Below, piece after piece: positions 63,032-64,000 of a stretch of DNA of 64,000 nt. The notes under the pieces were generated by a model, which did not search any database, was not told the DNA's origin, and saw nothing but the letters and a program-made list of their open reading frames with translations. The position numbers and the translations under genes are program-made. The stretch's first letter is position 1, and each line of letters begins with the position of its first letter. Source of the stretch: Marsupella aquatica (Eukaryota; Plantae; Marchantiophyta); assembly GCA_973895155.1 (NCBI GenBank), contig OZ316891.1, positions 29,616,231 to 29,680,230 of the forward strand, read 5' to 3'.

Positions 63032-63034
63032 AGA
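62998..63034. repeat. (GA)n microsatellite, CT-rich on the GPA1 strand; likely near the GPA1 transcription start
   Basis: About 15 GA units. Confidence 0.85.
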
Positions 63035-64000
63035 CGTGATGAAGAGCAAGAGCGAGTAGAATTCAATTCAATGAAAGCCTCGTGGTCTGGTGAGTGGTCA
63101 CGCTGGTGTCATTACCGGATCGAGAACACTGTAGTGAACTAATTACCTTTTATAGACTATCAAACCCTGTCGATAATCACACATCAACATCTTGATAATC
63201 ACACATCAAAATCTTACTTATAAGCACCCGCACCTCTATATATATATATAACTAATATTTTTGTATGCTGGTTTTTGGATGAATTTTAATTTATTTTTTT
63301 GAGACAAAAAATAATAATATTTATAGAGCTTTGACTAGACTTATAGAGTGAAGACTCTAGACCTTAATCTCATGACCCAAACTCCAACTACTAGTTATAG
63401 TGGGCCTAGGCTTCTAGAGTGAAGACTCTGAAGGTTAATTCCATGATCCAAATATGGATGGGAATGTATGTACTATGATAATCATGCATGTTTTTTTTAT
63501 CTATATTCAAAATATGAACTTTATGGCTCGACCATAACATATGTGCATGCGAAGAGTAATGTGCATGGACAAGAATATGGTATGTTATGCATAACTATTA
63601 AAATAATGACATGTATGATGGTTTTTTATCACTTCATTAACCTACAAAGAGTGTGAATAAGGAATCTACTTTGATGACACTTTTATAGTACTCTTCTTTA
63701 TTCACATTCAAAGAACGGATAGTCGGGGCTAGTGGTGTCATTACAGAATCGAGACCACTGTCGTGAATTAATTTTCCGGACAAGGACTCGGGACTCCCGA
63801 CTGTTACCTTATAGACATGTAATGGGTTAATCAAACCGTGCCGGTAATCAAACATCAAAATGTGATAATATAGGGTGTGCATTCAATTGAAAGAAGATAA
63901 GGAGATCTATTATGATATAGAAGATAACAAAATGTATCATGGTTGGAGTGATGTAGTACACAATATATGTCATATTTTGATGTGCAGTTACCTTAACCCC

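Overview
This is intron-rich eukaryotic DNA from a non-flowering land plant. A bryophyte, most plausibly a liverwort, is inferred from the co-occurrence of a flavodiiron protein, a chloroplast-type MurJ and a canonical G-alpha. In order, the window holds: the 3' end of FCF1/UTP24 (+); a complete FLVA-type flavodiiron gene (+); a divergent RPL13a (-)/RPL21 (+) pair; MPDU1/Lec35 (-); a full-length decayed Ty1/copia element with 332-bp LTRs (-); an inverted 1.14-kb partial copy of MPDU1 (+) abutting a complete MurJ/MviN lipid II flippase gene (+); PRP19 (-); a TA-flanked TIR element; and GPA1 (-). Two observations stand out. First, the MPDU1 fragment lies ~150 nt before the MurJ start, keeps its splice sites, differs mostly at synonymous positions, and its exon-2 donor is phase-compatible with MurJ exon 2, so a chimeric MPDU1-MurJ protein lacking the transit peptide is possible. 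Second, an identical 30-bp element plus an AGATCTGACGA box is mirrored in the promoters of the two ribosomal protein genes. All gene models were read by eye, so some exon boundaries are approximate.
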